Shown: positions 54,353-64,000 of the stretch, piece after piece | Layout of the letters: every line of letters starts with the position of its first letter | Numbering within the stretch: the first letter of the stretch is position 1 | From: Rhodanobacteraceae bacterium | Lineage (GTDB): Bacteria; Pseudomonadota; Gammaproteobacteria; Xanthomonadales; SZUA-5 | Length of the DNA stretch: 64,000 bases | Assembly (NCBI GenBank): GCA_031422315.1 | Contig: JANOQN010000065.1 | Span: 14-64,013 of the forward strand | Direction: 5' to 3' | Notes under the pieces: generated by a model | The model's input: only the letters and a program-made list of their open reading frames with translations | The model's database searches: none | Told to the model about the DNA's origin: nothing | Position numbers and translations under genes: made by a program

Positions 54353-56989
54353 ATGAGTAAAAAGCTACTGATTGTGGAATCACCCACGAAAGTCAAAACC
54401 ATCGGCAAGCTGCTGGGCAAGGATTACACCGTGCTCGCCTCGTTTGGACATGTACGTGATTTGCCTTCCAAAGATGGCTCGGTGGACGTCAATAATGATT
54501 TTCAGATGGCGTATCAGATTATTGACCGCAACGCCAAGCACGTCGATCAAATCGCTAAAGCGGCGCGCGATTGCGATGAAATTCTGCTGGCGACCGACTT
54601 AGATCGCGAGGGTGAAGCAATCAGCTGGCATATCGCGGAAATTTTGCGCGGCAAAAAGCTGTTGAAAGATAAAATCATCCGCCGTGTCACGTTTTCTGAA
54701 ATCACCCCACGCGCGATTAAAGAGGCGATTGCCAAGCCGCGCGAGCTGGCGATGAACTTGGTGAATGCGCAGCAGGCAAGGCGTGCGCTGGATTATTTAG
54801 TCGGCTTTAATCTCTCGCCGCTGCTGTGGCGCAAAGTGCAGCCCGGGCTTTCCGCAGGGCGCGTGCAAAGCCCAGCGCTGCGCATGATTGTCGAGCGTGA
54901 AGAAGAAATCGAGCGCTTTATTGCGCGCGAGTATTGGACGATTGATGCCGGGCTGAATCAGCACGGCGGCGCATTCAAAGCCAAGCTGACGCACTACCAA
55001 GGCGAAAAACTCGACCAGTTCGAGCTTAACAATGAAGATATTGCCGGGCGTGTGCGCTCTGAGCTTTTAGGCTTCGCCATGCGCCAAGGCACAGGGCCGC
55101 TCGGCGCGCTAAAAGTCACTGACATTCAGCGCAAAGATCGGCAGCGCAGGCCATCCGCGCCGTTTACCACCTCGACCATGCAGCAAGAGGCTTCGCGCAA
55201 GCTCGGCTTTGGCGCGCAGCGCACGATGCGGGTTGCGCAATCGCTGTACGAGGGCGCGCAAACTGGTGAGGGCCAAGTCGGCCTGATTACCTATATGCGT
55301 ACTGATTCGGTATCTATTAGCCAGGACGCGTTGGTGGAGCTGCGCCAATTGATCAGTCAGCAGTTCGGGCCGAATTTGCTGCCGCCTGCGGCAGTCGAAT
55401 ACAAAAACAAAAGCAAAAACGCGCAAGAAGCGCATGAAGCCATACGCCCTAGCTCGGCGTTTCGAACGCCCGCATCGCTGCGACAGTATTTGAATGCCGA
55501 CGAGTACGCGCTGTATGAGCTGATTTGGAAGCGCACGGTGGCGTGTCAGATGAAGCCTGCGACGCTCAATACCGTAAGCGTTGATTTTGAATGCGGGCGC
55601 GGCAATATCTTTCGCGCCAGTGGTTCGACCATCGTTGAACCGGGGTTTTTGTTAGTTTACGAAGAAGGTCGTGATGCCAAATCGGAGGATGACGATAACA
55701 GCTCACTGCTGCCGGTTTTCACGCTAGGCGATAAAGTACCGCTGGAAACGCTAGTAGCGGATCAGCACTTTACCGAGCCACCGCCGCGCTTTAATGAAGC
55801 CACGCTGGTCAAAGCGATGGAAGAGATTGGCATCGGCCGCCCGAGTACCTACGCCACGATTATTCAAGTATTGCTGGCAAGAGAATATGTCACGCTGGAC
55901 AGCAAGCGCTTCTATCCGACTGATATTGGCCGCGTTGTGTCGAACTTTCTATCCGGTCACTTTACCCAATACGTGGATTATGACTTCACCGCCAAGCTTG
56001 AAGATGAGCTTGATGCAGTTGCGCGCGGCGAGCAAGATTACGTGCCAGTACTGCGCCGCTTCTGGGAGCCGTTCAAAAAATTAGTTGATGAAAAATCCGA
56101 AAGCGTGACCCGCGCGGAAGTATCGAATGCCAGAGTGATCGGCGTGCATCCAGAAAGCGGCAAGGAAATGAGCGTGCGGCTCGGCCGCTTCGGGCCGTTC
56201 GCGCAAATTGGCACCAAAGATGACGAAGACAAGCCTAAATTCGCTTCATTGCGCCCCGGCCAGCGCATGGATTCGATCACCTTTGATGAGGCACTTAAGT
56301 TGTTCGATCTGCCGCGCAAGCTCGGGCTCGATCATCAGGACCGCGAAATTACCATTGCAATCGGCCGCTTTGGCCCGTTTGCGAAAGTCGGCACGATGTT
56401 TGTGTCGCTGCCAAAAGAAGATGATCCGTATGAAGTGACGCAGGAACGCGCGATTGAAATCATCAAAGCCAAAGAGCAGATGTTGGCGGAGCGGGTTATC
56501 AAAACCTTTAACGATGGCGCGATCCAAGTCTTGAAAGGCAAATATGGTCCGTACGTTACCGATGGCGAACGTAACGGCAAGATCGCCAAAGATATGGAAC
56601 CTAACGATTTAACGCTTGAAGACTGCATTGCATCGCTAGCGGCAGCGCCGAAAAACAAAGCGAAAGGAAGAGCGGCATCCGCCAAGGGCGCCACTGAACG
56701 TGCCAAACGTGAAGTTGCGCGTCAGCGCGGCAAAACTAAAGCGCCAGCGAAAAAGGCAGCGGCTAAGAAAGTAGCCAGCAGCAAAACTGCCAAAGCGAAA
56801 GTGAAATCAGAAACTGCCAAGCTGCTCAGTAACGATGAAATCAACGCGATTGAGTCGAAAAAGGCGGCAGTGAAAAAGCCCGCTGCAAAGAAGAAACCAG
56901 CAGTGAAGAAAAAAGCGGCAGCGAAAAAAGGCGCAGCTAAATCTGCCGCTAGCAAAAAAACCACCAAGGCCATTGTTGACGCGAGCTAG
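54353..56989 (+). CDS. topA: DNA topoisomerase I with a Lys/Ala-rich C-terminal tail
   Basis: MSKKLLIVESPTKVKTIGKLLG..ATDLDREGEAISWH..YMRTDS.. covers the Toprim and catalytic-Tyr region. The C-terminal ~115 aa are AKK/PAAKK-rich. Confidence 0.97.
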   Translation: MSKKLLIVESPTKVKTIGKLLGKDYTVLASFGHVRDLPSKDGSVDVNNDFQMAYQIIDRNAKHVDQIAKAARDCDEILLATDLDREGEAISWHIAEILRGKKLLKDKIIRRVTFSEITPRAIKEAIAKPRELAMNLVNAQQARRALDYLVGFNLSPLLWRKVQPGLSAGRVQSPALRMIVEREEEIERFIAREYWTIDAGLNQHGGAFKAKLTHYQGEKLDQFELNNEDIAGRVRSELLGFAMRQGTGPLGALKVTDIQRKDRQRRPSAPFTTSTMQQEASRKLGFGAQRTMRVAQSLYEGAQTGEGQVGLITYMRTDSVSISQDALVELRQLISQQFGPNLLPPAAVEYKNKSKNAQEAHEAIRPSSAFRTPASLRQYLNADEYALYELIWKRTVACQMKPATLNTVSVDFECGRGNIFRASGSTIVEPGFLLVYEEGRDAKSEDDDNSSLLPVFTLGDKVPLETLVADQHFTEPPPRFNEATLVKAMEEIGIGRPSTYATIIQVLLAREYVTLDSKRFYPTDIGRVVSNFLSGHFTQYVDYDFTAKLEDELDAVARGEQDYVPVLRRFWEPFKKLVDEKSESVTRAEVSNARVIGVHPESGKEMSVRLGRFGPFAQIGTKDDEDKPKFASLRPGQRMDSITFDEALKLFDLPRKLGLDHQDREITIAIGRFGPFAKVGTMFVSLPKEDDPYEVTQERAIEIIKAKEQMLAERVIKTFNDGAIQVLKGKYGPYVTDGERNGKIAKDMEPNDLTLEDCIASLAAAPKNKAKGRAASAKGATERAKREVARQRGKTKAPAKKAAAKKVASSKTAKAKVKSETAKLLSNDEINAIESKKAAVKKPAAKKKPAVKKKAAAKKGAAKSAASKKTTKAIVDAS

Positions 56990-56997
56990 AAGGCCCC

Positions 56998-57783
56998 GTG
57001 TTTGATAGCCACTGCCATCTTGACGCGCCTGAGTTTGACGCTGACCGCGCGCAGGTTTTAGCGCGCGCGAAAGCCGCTGGCGTGCATGCGTTAGTCTTGC
57101 CAGCAATTCGCGCGGAGGATTTTATAGCGCTGGCGGATTTGTGCGCGACCGATGCGAATCTGGCCTTCGCGCTTGGCCTGCATCCGATCTGTTTGGCACA
57201 GCACCGGCCTGCGCACTTAGTTGAGCTAGCTAACTATTTACGTAGCGGCATTGGTAATCAGCGCGCCTGCGCCGTCGGCGAATGCGGGCTGGATTATTTT
57301 TTGCCAGAGTTAGATCCCACGCTGCAAATGCACTATTTTGAAGCGCAGCTGCGCTTGGCGCGCGAGTTCGATTTGCCGGTGATCGTCCATGCGCGGCGCG
57401 CGCATGACGCAGTTATCCATGGTTTGCGCCGATTTGGCATCACCAAAGGCGTGGTTCACAGCTTTGCTGGCAGTGAAGTGCAGGCTAGCGCGCTGTTCAA
57501 AATGGGCATCCACTTAGGCATTGGTGGGCCGGTGACTTATCCACGCGCGCAGCGTCTGCGTAGCATCGTCCAAAACATGCCAATTGAGTATTTGCTACTT
57601 GAAACCGATGCGCCGGATCAACCGCTAATGGGTCGGCAAGGCGCGCGCAATGAGCCTGCATATCTGACCGAAGTGGCGAACTGCATTGCGCAGCTGCGCG
57701 GCGTGGCGCTGGCCGAGCTTGTCCAGCTGACTGACGCCAACAGTGCCAAGCTTTTTCATCTACAAGGCAACGCTGCCGCTTGA
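56998..57783 (+). CDS. TatD family metal-dependent hydrolase/DNase
   Basis: (GTG)MFDSHCHLD.. start, with ..GECGLDY.., ..VIVHAR.., ..HSFAGS.. and ..LLLETDAPD.. motifs. Confidence 0.92.
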   Translation: MFDSHCHLDAPEFDADRAQVLARAKAAGVHALVLPAIRAEDFIALADLCATDANLAFALGLHPICLAQHRPAHLVELANYLRSGIGNQRACAVGECGLDYFLPELDPTLQMHYFEAQLRLAREFDLPVIVHARRAHDAVIHGLRRFGITKGVVHSFAGSEVQASALFKMGIHLGIGGPVTYPRAQRLRSIVQNMPIEYLLLETDAPDQPLMGRQGARNEPAYLTEVANCIAQLRGVALAELVQLTDANSAKLFHLQGNAAA

Positions 57784-58691
57784 ATACCGCGTTACAAAAC
57801 CAGCGCGCACAGGCCATGCTGTTGATGCACTTTTGCGTGCTGCTGTGGGGCTTCACTGCGATTTTAGGCAAAGTCATTAGCATCTCTGCGCTCAATTTAG
57901 TGCTGTGGCGGGTGTTTCTAGCCGGGCTTTGCCTTTACGGCTACATGTGGCTGCGCGGCCAGAGAATCGCCAAGCTTGACGCTAGATTGCACGGCAAAAT
58001 CTTTATCACCGGCGCACTTATCGGGCTGCACTGGGTGGCGTTTTACGGCTCGGTCAAGCTGGCGAATGCGTCTATCGGCGTGCTGTGCATGTGCTGCGCG
58101 CCAATTTTTAGTGCTCTGTTAACGCCGCTTTTTGAGCGTACGAAAATCCGCTGGGGCGATTTTTGGATCGCACTCGCGGTGTTGCCCGGCATGTTGGCGG
58201 TCGTGGGCGGCGTGGAATCACGATTTTATGCGGGTATCACGCTTGGCATTCTGGCGGCGCTGTTGGTAGCGGCGTTTGGACTAATGAATAAACAGCTGGT
58301 CGAACGGGTTGATGTGCTACAGCTGAGTATTTTGCAAATGCTGAGCGCGGGTTTACTGCTGCTAGTGCCAGCGCTACTCAGCGGCTTTGCCCTGCCAACC
58401 GAATCGGACTGGCCGATTTTGCTGCTGTTTGCAGTGCTGTGTACCGCCATGCCGTTCGTCTGGGCGGCTAGCGCGCTGAAATACTTAAGCGCCTTTAGCG
58501 CGCAATTCGCGATTAACTTAGAACCGGTTTACGGCATAGTGTTCGCCGCACTTTTATTAGGTGAAACCAGCGAGCTGAGCCTGCAATTTTATCTTGGCGC
58601 GATAGGTATTTTATTGGCGGTGGCATTGCAAGGATTCTTACAGCTTAAGCGGCCAGTGCGCGCGGAAGTTCAGGCTATCGCACAGCCATGA
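57780..58691 (+). CDS. EamA/DMT superfamily transporter
   Basis: Ten hydrophobic segments in two EamA-like halves. The TTG start overlaps the tatD stop, and Met13 is an alternative start. Confidence 0.85.
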   Translation: MNTALQNQRAQAMLLMHFCVLLWGFTAILGKVISISALNLVLWRVFLAGLCLYGYMWLRGQRIAKLDARLHGKIFITGALIGLHWVAFYGSVKLANASIGVLCMCCAPIFSALLTPLFERTKIRWGDFWIALAVLPGMLAVVGGVESRFYAGITLGILAALLVAAFGLMNKQLVERVDVLQLSILQMLSAGLLLLVPALLSGFALPTESDWPILLLFAVLCTAMPFVWAASALKYLSAFSAQFAINLEPVYGIVFAALLLGETSELSLQFYLGAIGILLAVALQGFLQLKRPVRAEVQAIAQP

Positions 58692-59560
58692 GCACACCCC
58701 AATTCCTAGCCGGTCAAACGCTGGTTTTGCTACCCAGCCTAAAGGCCGCACTGGCGGCGCAGCCAAGCTTGGTAATTACACCGTCGCGCGCGCTGAAGTA
58801 TCAGATGCCGCCAGAAAAACTGCCCGCATGTTTGGGCTACCCACTTTCACTCGCTGCAATCAAATTGGCCAGCGTTAAAGCCGATCAAACGATTAACACA
58901 TTAGCCGCAGGCAATTTTTGCTGCGCCGATCTTGCTCAGCTGCGCGTTGAGGTGAATGGCATACGTGCGCTCGCCATCGGCAATATCGCCATGACCGAAA
59001 TACAAGACGCCCAAATTAGCGCCCTGTTGAATAGCCACTTTGACGAACTTGGCATGCGCCTGCACCGATTGGGCGCAGCGCAGTATGTGCTCGAATTGCC
59101 CGCTGACGTGCAAGGTCCGACTGCGCTAGCGCCCTCTGAGCTTATCGGTAGCGCCATCAGCGGCCAGCTGCCTGAGCCAGCGCGCTGGCGCATGCTGCTC
59201 AATGAAAGCCAAATGCTATTGGCGCAAACGCCCATGCCTAGCGCGAATAGCCTGTGGTTTTACGGTGCGGAAAAGCCAAAGCAAAGCGCTGGAAATCTTG
59301 TGCCAGTAAAACTTACAGCGCCTTCAAATGATCCACTGCTGCTGGGTCTACAAACATTGAGTCAAGCCAGCACTAGTTCGCAATCGCTCGCCATTTTTGA
59401 TTACCGCAGCCCGCGAACGGCGCAGCAAGCATTGCCATCCAAGCCACTTTGGCTAAGCTTTGATAGCAGCGAGCTTTTTTACGTTGATCGATTTGATTCG
59501 CTCAAATTTTGGCGCAAAAAACGCGGTTTCGACGGCGAGCGCAGCCATGCGCCGCTCTAG
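58688..59560 (+). CDS. Conserved hypothetical protein
   Basis: 290-aa ORF that overlaps the flanking genes at both ends (ATGA with the upstream gene), which suggests an operon with recJ. No family was assigned with confidence. Confidence 0.7.
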   Translation: MSTPQFLAGQTLVLLPSLKAALAAQPSLVITPSRALKYQMPPEKLPACLGYPLSLAAIKLASVKADQTINTLAAGNFCCADLAQLRVEVNGIRALAIGNIAMTEIQDAQISALLNSHFDELGMRLHRLGAAQYVLELPADVQGPTALAPSELIGSAISGQLPEPARWRMLLNESQMLLAQTPMPSANSLWFYGAEKPKQSAGNLVPVKLTAPSNDPLLLGLQTLSQASTSSQSLAIFDYRSPRTAQQALPSKPLWLSFDSSELFYVDRFDSLKFWRKKRGFDGERSHAPL

Positions 59561-61286
59561 CACTGCACCGCGCGTTGAGCGCCGCAAATTACCCGCAGAT
59601 TTTGATGCGAATTGCTATGCCATGCCCGCCATTTTGGCGCGCATCCACGCCGCACGCGCGGGTGATCCATCCGCTAGCTTGACGCTTAAACACCTACTTG
59701 CGCCCGCCAATTTGAGCGGCTTAAACGCTGCGGTAATCGCGTTGGCCGATGCGATAGCTTGCCAGCGCGCCATTGTCGTGGTCGGGGATTTTGATGCCGA
59801 TGGTGCCACCGGCACTGCCGTTGCGGTACGCGGTTTGCGGCTTTTGGGCGCAAGCAATATCGCGTTTAAAGTGCCAAATCGCTTTACCCACGGCTATGGC
59901 TTAAGCCCAAGTTTGGTTGATGAGATTGCCCCTGAATTTGCCGGCGCATTGTTATTGACGGTCGATCAAGGCACCACCAGCGTGGCTGGCGTAGCGCGCG
60001 CAAATGCGCTGAATTTAGCCGTGGTGATTAGTGATCATCATTTGCCCGGTAACGAACTGCCCGCCGCATTAGCGATCGTGAACCCAAATCTGGACGGCGA
60101 TGCATTCGCTTCAAAAAGCCTTTGCGGCGTCGGTACGGTTTTCTATTTGCTGCTGGCCTTGCGCGCACACTTTCGTGCATTAGGAAACTACCAAAGCAAG
60201 CCTGAGCCTAATTTGGGTGAGCTATTGGATTTAGTAGCGCTTGGCACAGTAGCCGATTTAGTACCGCTGGATTACAACAATCGTATATTGGTCGAACAAG
60301 GCTTAAAACGCATGCGCGCGGGCGCTGCCTGTATGGGCCTGCGCGCGCTTCTGAGCGTGTCGAAAGTGGATATTAAGAACGTCAATGCGGCTGATTTAGC
60401 CTTTAGAATTGCACCGCGTTTAAACGCTGCGGGCCGCTTGGATGACATGGCAGTTGGCATTGAATGTTTGCTGACCGATGACCCAAGCCAGGCGCGCGCC
60501 TTTGCCGAAACGCTGAGCGACTTGAACCGCGAGCGCCGCGAAATCCAAGAGACCATGCAAGCTCAAGCGCTGAGCTTAGTCGAGAACATTAATGCCAAAC
60601 GCGCCGCCGTGCCTGCGGGCAGCGCAAGCGATGCAGTGCTGATTGTAGAAGACACCGAGTTTCACCAAGGCGTGGTGGGTTTAGTGGCAAGCAAGCTAGT
60701 CGAGCGCTATCACCGCCCCGCGCTTGCGTTCGCACCGAGCGATGATGGCTGGCGCGGCTCCGCCCGGTCTATTCCTGGTCTACATTTGCGCGATGTGTTG
60801 GCCGACATCGATGCGCAGTATCCGGGCTTGATCGTCAAGTTCGGCGGCCACGCGATGGCAGCCGGCTTGACCGTCAGCCACAGCGAATTTGCGCGCTTCA
60901 AAAAGCTAGCACCGGCGGCGTTTAGCGCCAGGCTGAGCCCTGAATTACTCGAACAAATCGTGCTGACCGATGGCCCGCTGCTGCGCAGTGAATTTAATCT
61001 CAATCTAGCGCAGCACATACGCCTCGGCGGCCCTTGGGGGCAAAGCTATCCAGAGCCGCTGTTTGAAGTCGACGCCGAAATCCTAGAAGCGAGTCGCATC
61101 AATGGCCGCCACCTGCGGCTGCGGCTGAACTGGCAGCAAAGCGTCGTGCCTGCTATGTGGTTCAACACTGAGTTAGAACCTAGTGAACTACCTAAGCAAG
61201 CCAGGCTGCTGGCGCAAGTTGAATTGGATGAGTATCAGGGGCTTTACAGTGCACGGTTGTTGGTTCGGTATTTGCGGGTGGACTAG
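59547..61286 (+). CDS. recJ: Single-stranded-DNA-specific exonuclease RecJ
   Basis: DHH motifs ..IVVVGDFDADGATG.., ..VISDHH.. and ..LVALGTVADLVPL.., and DHHA1 ..GGHAMAAGLTV.. The start is moved to the Met at 59547. Confidence 0.95.
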   Translation: MRRSSTAPRVERRKLPADFDANCYAMPAILARIHAARAGDPSASLTLKHLLAPANLSGLNAAVIALADAIACQRAIVVVGDFDADGATGTAVAVRGLRLLGASNIAFKVPNRFTHGYGLSPSLVDEIAPEFAGALLLTVDQGTTSVAGVARANALNLAVVISDHHLPGNELPAALAIVNPNLDGDAFASKSLCGVGTVFYLLLALRAHFRALGNYQSKPEPNLGELLDLVALGTVADLVPLDYNNRILVEQGLKRMRAGAACMGLRALLSVSKVDIKNVNAADLAFRIAPRLNAAGRLDDMAVGIECLLTDDPSQARAFAETLSDLNRERREIQETMQAQALSLVENINAKRAAVPAGSASDAVLIVEDTEFHQGVVGLVASKLVERYHRPALAFAPSDDGWRGSARSIPGLHLRDVLADIDAQYPGLIVKFGGHAMAAGLTVSHSEFARFKKLAPAAFSARLSPELLEQIVLTDGPLLRSEFNLNLAQHIRLGGPWGQSYPEPLFEVDAEILEASRINGRHLRLRLNWQQSVVPAMWFNTELEPSELPKQARLLAQVELDEYQGLYSARLLVRYLRVD

Positions 61287-61493
61287 TTTAATTTGAGTCA
61301 TTCTTTTGCAACGAAAAGCGAACCAAACTGATGCTTTTCTGCTGAGCAATTCAAAAGGACGTGGAAACCAAATTTAGTGGTTTCAAGTTTTCAGCCACTT
61401 GGAGGAACGAATGACCCTTCAGCAGAGTCGAAGAGCTTTCGGCGTTCTCGCTGTTGGCAGCACGCGCAGATTGTGGCTATTTGATAGTGCATG

Positions 61494-61542
61494 GAAATGC
61501 TGACACCTGCACTGGATCCCCGCCTTCGCGGGGATGACGAGG
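61494..61542. repeat. REP-like element (same family as 9671-9719, opposite orientation)
   Basis: GAAATGCTGACACCTGCACTGGATCCCCGCCTTCGCGGGGATGACGAGG is the near reverse complement of CCTCTTCATCCCCGCGAAGGCGGGGACCCAGTACAGGTGTCAGAAATTC at 9671-9719. Confidence 0.65.
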
Positions 61543-61611
61543 GGTAACATGCCCCCAGAAAAATCGACTGCGCGATACACCGAAGTATTGCTTCTGCAAG
61601 CACCCCTTACC

Positions 61612-62562
61612 CTACTCCGAATTCGCCACTCCATGCTGCACATGCGCGCTGGCGATATTATTGAGCGCCGCTGAAGTGACGTGTTTGTTTTGATCGTCAA
61701 AGAAAATATCTGCCCCAAAGGCTTGTAAGAAAGGCCATTTATCGCGCCCGCCGAGAAAAAACGCCTCATCTATACGGATACCCCAATCGCGTAGCGTGAG
61801 GATCACGCGCTTGTGCGCTGGCGCCGATCGCGCGGTGACAAGCGCGGTGCGCACTGGCGATTCGCCGGCCGGAAACGCGGCTTGAATATGCTGTAAAGCC
61901 CACAGGATGTTCTTGAACGGGCCGCCCAACAGTGGCGTTTGCGCTAAGGCGCGTTCGCTGGCATGGAATTCATCCAAGCCTTGTTCGCGCGAGACTTTTT
62001 CGGCTTCATCGCTAAATAACACCGCGTCGCCATCAAAGGCAATCCGCAGCTCGGTATTGCCGGTTTCTTTTGCGCTACCCGGCAAAATCCGTGCGGCGGC
62101 AAAGCCGGCGTTGAGCGCGGCTTTGGCATCGGAGTTATGCGCGGACAAAAACAAATCCGCGCCAAACGCTTCAATGTAGCGATGCGGCGGCGCGCCGTTG
62201 GTAAAGGCCGCGCGCACAATATCCAAGCCGTAGTGTTCAATCGAATTGAAAATGCGCAGCCCGCTATCGCCAGAATTTCGCGACAGCAGCAATACTTCAA
62301 TCGCCAGATGCGCGCGCGATGGGTTGCTTTTCAAAAGCAGATTGAGCGCGAGCAATTTTTTGACCAGCGGAAACGCCATGCCCGGATTAAGCACGTCGTT
62401 CTCATGCTGCATTTGATAGCGCGTATAGGCATCTAAGCCTTCACTTTCATAGAGTTGATGCGCTTGATCTAGATCAAATAGTGCGCGCGACGAAATCGCT
62501 AGCGCTAGAGTGCGCGGCGCATTTTCTAAGTTTGGCTCAGCCAAGTCGGTGCTAGTTATCAT
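61612..62562 (-). CDS. 5'-nucleotidase (PF06189-like, cytosolic IMP/GMP-type bacterial homologue)
   Basis: ..LALAISSRALFDLDQAHQLYESEGLDAYTRYQ..IAFDGDAVLFSDEAE..IFFDDQ.. shows a HAD-like DxD context. 316 aa. Confidence 0.8.
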   Translation of the reverse strand: MITSTDLAEPNLENAPRTLALAISSRALFDLDQAHQLYESEGLDAYTRYQMQHENDVLNPGMAFPLVKKLLALNLLLKSNPSRAHLAIEVLLLSRNSGDSGLRIFNSIEHYGLDIVRAAFTNGAPPHRYIEAFGADLFLSAHNSDAKAALNAGFAAARILPGSAKETGNTELRIAFDGDAVLFSDEAEKVSREQGLDEFHASERALAQTPLLGGPFKNILWALQHIQAAFPAGESPVRTALVTARSAPAHKRVILTLRDWGIRIDEAFFLGGRDKWPFLQAFGADIFFDDQNKHVTSAALNNIASAHVQHGVANSE

Positions 62563-62603
62563 GGTGCCAGCGTAGCAAATTCAGCGCGCAACAACGTCTC
62601 TAT

Positions 62604-63215
62604 TTACTTGTTTGCCAAGCCAAACAAGATTCGGATCGCCGCTTCAATCTGATCAATCGGCATACACGGCGCGCCAGCGTTTTTTCCGCAGATTTGCACT
62701 GGCGCGAATGGAATATGCACGAACAGCGTTTGCATATTGGGATAGCGCGCATCCCGCAGCTGGCAAAGCTGAAAGTAAAGCGCGTTACACACAAAGGCCC
62801 CGGCGCTCAGCGAAGCTTGGGCTGGAATATGCGCCTCAGTAAGCGCGATCAGCGCCGCACTTATCGGAAAATTACTAAAGTAGGCAGGCGGCGCAGCCTC
62901 ATCAAGCCTGCCGATCGCTGGCTTTAACCCGGCATTGTCAGCTATGCGCGGATCAACAAAATTCAGCGCGACGCGCTCCAGTGCGATGTTACTACTACCA
63001 CCGGATTGACCGATCGCAATCACCAAATCAGGCATAAGCTGTTGAATGCGGGGCGCCAACACAGCCATTGCACCGGTAAATTCAACCGGTAAGCGCTGCA
63101 CGTGAACATTTGCGCCGGCTATCGCTAATCCGTCAAAACGTTTTGCGGCATCCCAAGATGGATTACATCGCTCACCATCGAAGGGCTCAAAACCAGTCAA
63201 CAATACCGTGCGCAT
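62604..63215 (-). CDS. pcp: Pyroglutamyl-peptidase I (pyrrolidone-carboxylate peptidase)
   Basis: MRTVLLTGFEPFDGERCNPSW..AIGQSGG..SAGAFVCNALYF..FVHIP.. contains the Glu-Cys-His triad contexts. The start is moved to ATG 63215. Confidence 0.92.
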   Translation of the reverse strand: MRTVLLTGFEPFDGERCNPSWDAAKRFDGLAIAGANVHVQRLPVEFTGAMAVLAPRIQQLMPDLVIAIGQSGGSSNIALERVALNFVDPRIADNAGLKPAIGRLDEAAPPAYFSNFPISAALIALTEAHIPAQASLSAGAFVCNALYFQLCQLRDARYPNMQTLFVHIPFAPVQICGKNAGAPCMPIDQIEAAIRILFGLANK

Positions 63216-63262
63216 TTTCGTGTGCAGATCTTCGATACAAACTTTCGATACGAACCTAATAA

Positions 63263-63910
63263 CTACGCGGCATTCGGCCGGCAATCAAAAATCACCATGG
63301 TTTTACCCGCTGCAGCAATTCGTCCTTCGGCTTCAAGCTGCTTTAGCACTCGTCCAACCATCTCACGCGAGCAGCCGACAATTCGGCTGATTTCCTGACG
63401 CGAAACCCGAATTTGAGTGCCTTTTGGGTGCGTCATGGCGTCTGGTTCGCTGCATAAATCCACCAAGGTCGAGGCAATCCGGCTAGTCACATCCATAAAG
63501 GCTAGTCGCGACACCTTGCGTGAGGTATGCAGCAACCGTTTAGTCAGCTGCGTACCGATCATAAATAAAATGCGTGGCGCTTGCTCCTTGAGCGTGGTGT
63601 CAAACAGATTAAACAGGCGCTCGTAGCTAATTTCTGCTAGCTCACACGGAGATCTCGTGCGCACCATGACTTCGCGTTTTTCTGGCTCCATAAAAATGCC
63701 CATCTCACCGATAAAATCACCGGCATTGACGTAAGCCAAAATCAACTCGCGGCCGTCCTCATCCTCGGTCATGACCGCAAGTGAGCCCTCAATCACATAA
63801 TATAGCGTGTTGGCGATATCGCCGGGGCGGATAATGGGTGCCTTGCTCGGATATTTTCGGCGGTGGCATTCTTGTAAAAACGTCTCAATATGATGCGGCT
63901 GCGGCGCCAT
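63263..63910 (-). CDS. crp: cAMP receptor protein family global regulator (CRP/Vfr/Clp-like)
   Basis: ..ETFLQECHRRKYPSKAPIIRPGD..LYYVIEGSLAVM..GDFIGEMGIF..LAFMDVTSRIASTLVDLCSEPDAMTHPKGTQIRVSRQEISRIVGCSREMVGRVLKQLE.. is collinear with E. coli CRP. The start is chosen at Met28 (63910) by length comparison. The track start is 63991. Confidence 0.92.
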   Translation of the reverse strand: MAPQPHHIETFLQECHRRKYPSKAPIIRPGDIANTLYYVIEGSLAVMTEDEDGRELILAYVNAGDFIGEMGIFMEPEKREVMVRTRSPCELAEISYERLFNLFDTTLKEQAPRILFMIGTQLTKRLLHTSRKVSRLAFMDVTSRIASTLVDLCSEPDAMTHPKGTQIRVSRQEISRIVGCSREMVGRVLKQLEAEGRIAAAGKTMVIFDCRPNAA

Positions 63911-64000
63911 TGGCCGAACCTCAGCCAGCTTGCGGATTTCGGCCTGAAGCGCATAGCGCAGGAGTGGCTTTGGGGCTTTAGCAATCGTCATATCAAATTT

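Noticed and set aside
1-64000. Looked for CRISPR arrays, rRNA and tRNA genes.
   Set aside because: No run of three or more regularly spaced direct repeats of 24-40 nt was seen. The only tandem repeats are the 36-nt coding repeat at 4011-4097 and the two 23-bp palindromes at 2975-3030. No rRNA-like or cloverleaf-like stretches were recognised by eye, although a tRNAscan/Infernal run would be needed to be certain.

Overview
This is a proteobacterial chromosomal segment. Gene content and repeat families look beta/gammaproteobacterial, but that is an inference. Clear housekeeping genes are ppa, an IscA/HesB-type Fe-S protein, the ~1650-aa NAD-glutamate dehydrogenase, topA, tatD, recJ, pcp, crp, a pseudouridine synthase and ychJ. 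These flank and interleave a mosaic accessory region of roughly 24.9-51.5 kb.

Supported features:
- A full-length group II intron (~34-1970, minus) with its RT/maturase, starting immediately after the stop codon of a secreted-protein gene.
- Two PF07638-type ECF sigma factors. One is translationally coupled to a TPR Ser/Thr kinase. The other is an orphan next to a multiply frameshifted gene.
- An iorA-iorB-xdhC-mocA molybdo-hydroxylase cluster.
- An intact parDE pair, and a decayed hicA/hicB remnant.
- mntP.
- A secreted Ig-domain/endonuclease-I nuclease.
- Many Sec-signal proteins of unknown function.

Three observations seem most worth following up:
1. At least five secreted proteins share a recurring C-terminal F-x-[DN]-G-F-E tail, and the intron sits directly behind one of them.
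2. A run of small same-strand genes at 24.96-27.3 kb is separated by attC-like imperfect palindromes ending in GTTAGGC-type core sites. Related sites lie at ~34.0 kb and ~48.8 kb. No integrase is in the window, so this resembles a CALIN (attC cluster lacking an integrase) or a decayed integron array.
3. A near-perfect 22-23 bp palindrome occurs twice in tandem just upstream of the orphan sigma gene and once upstream of the 5'-nucleotidase gene.

No rRNA, tRNA or CRISPR array was recognised. All family names come from reading the translations against remembered family signatures. No database search was run.
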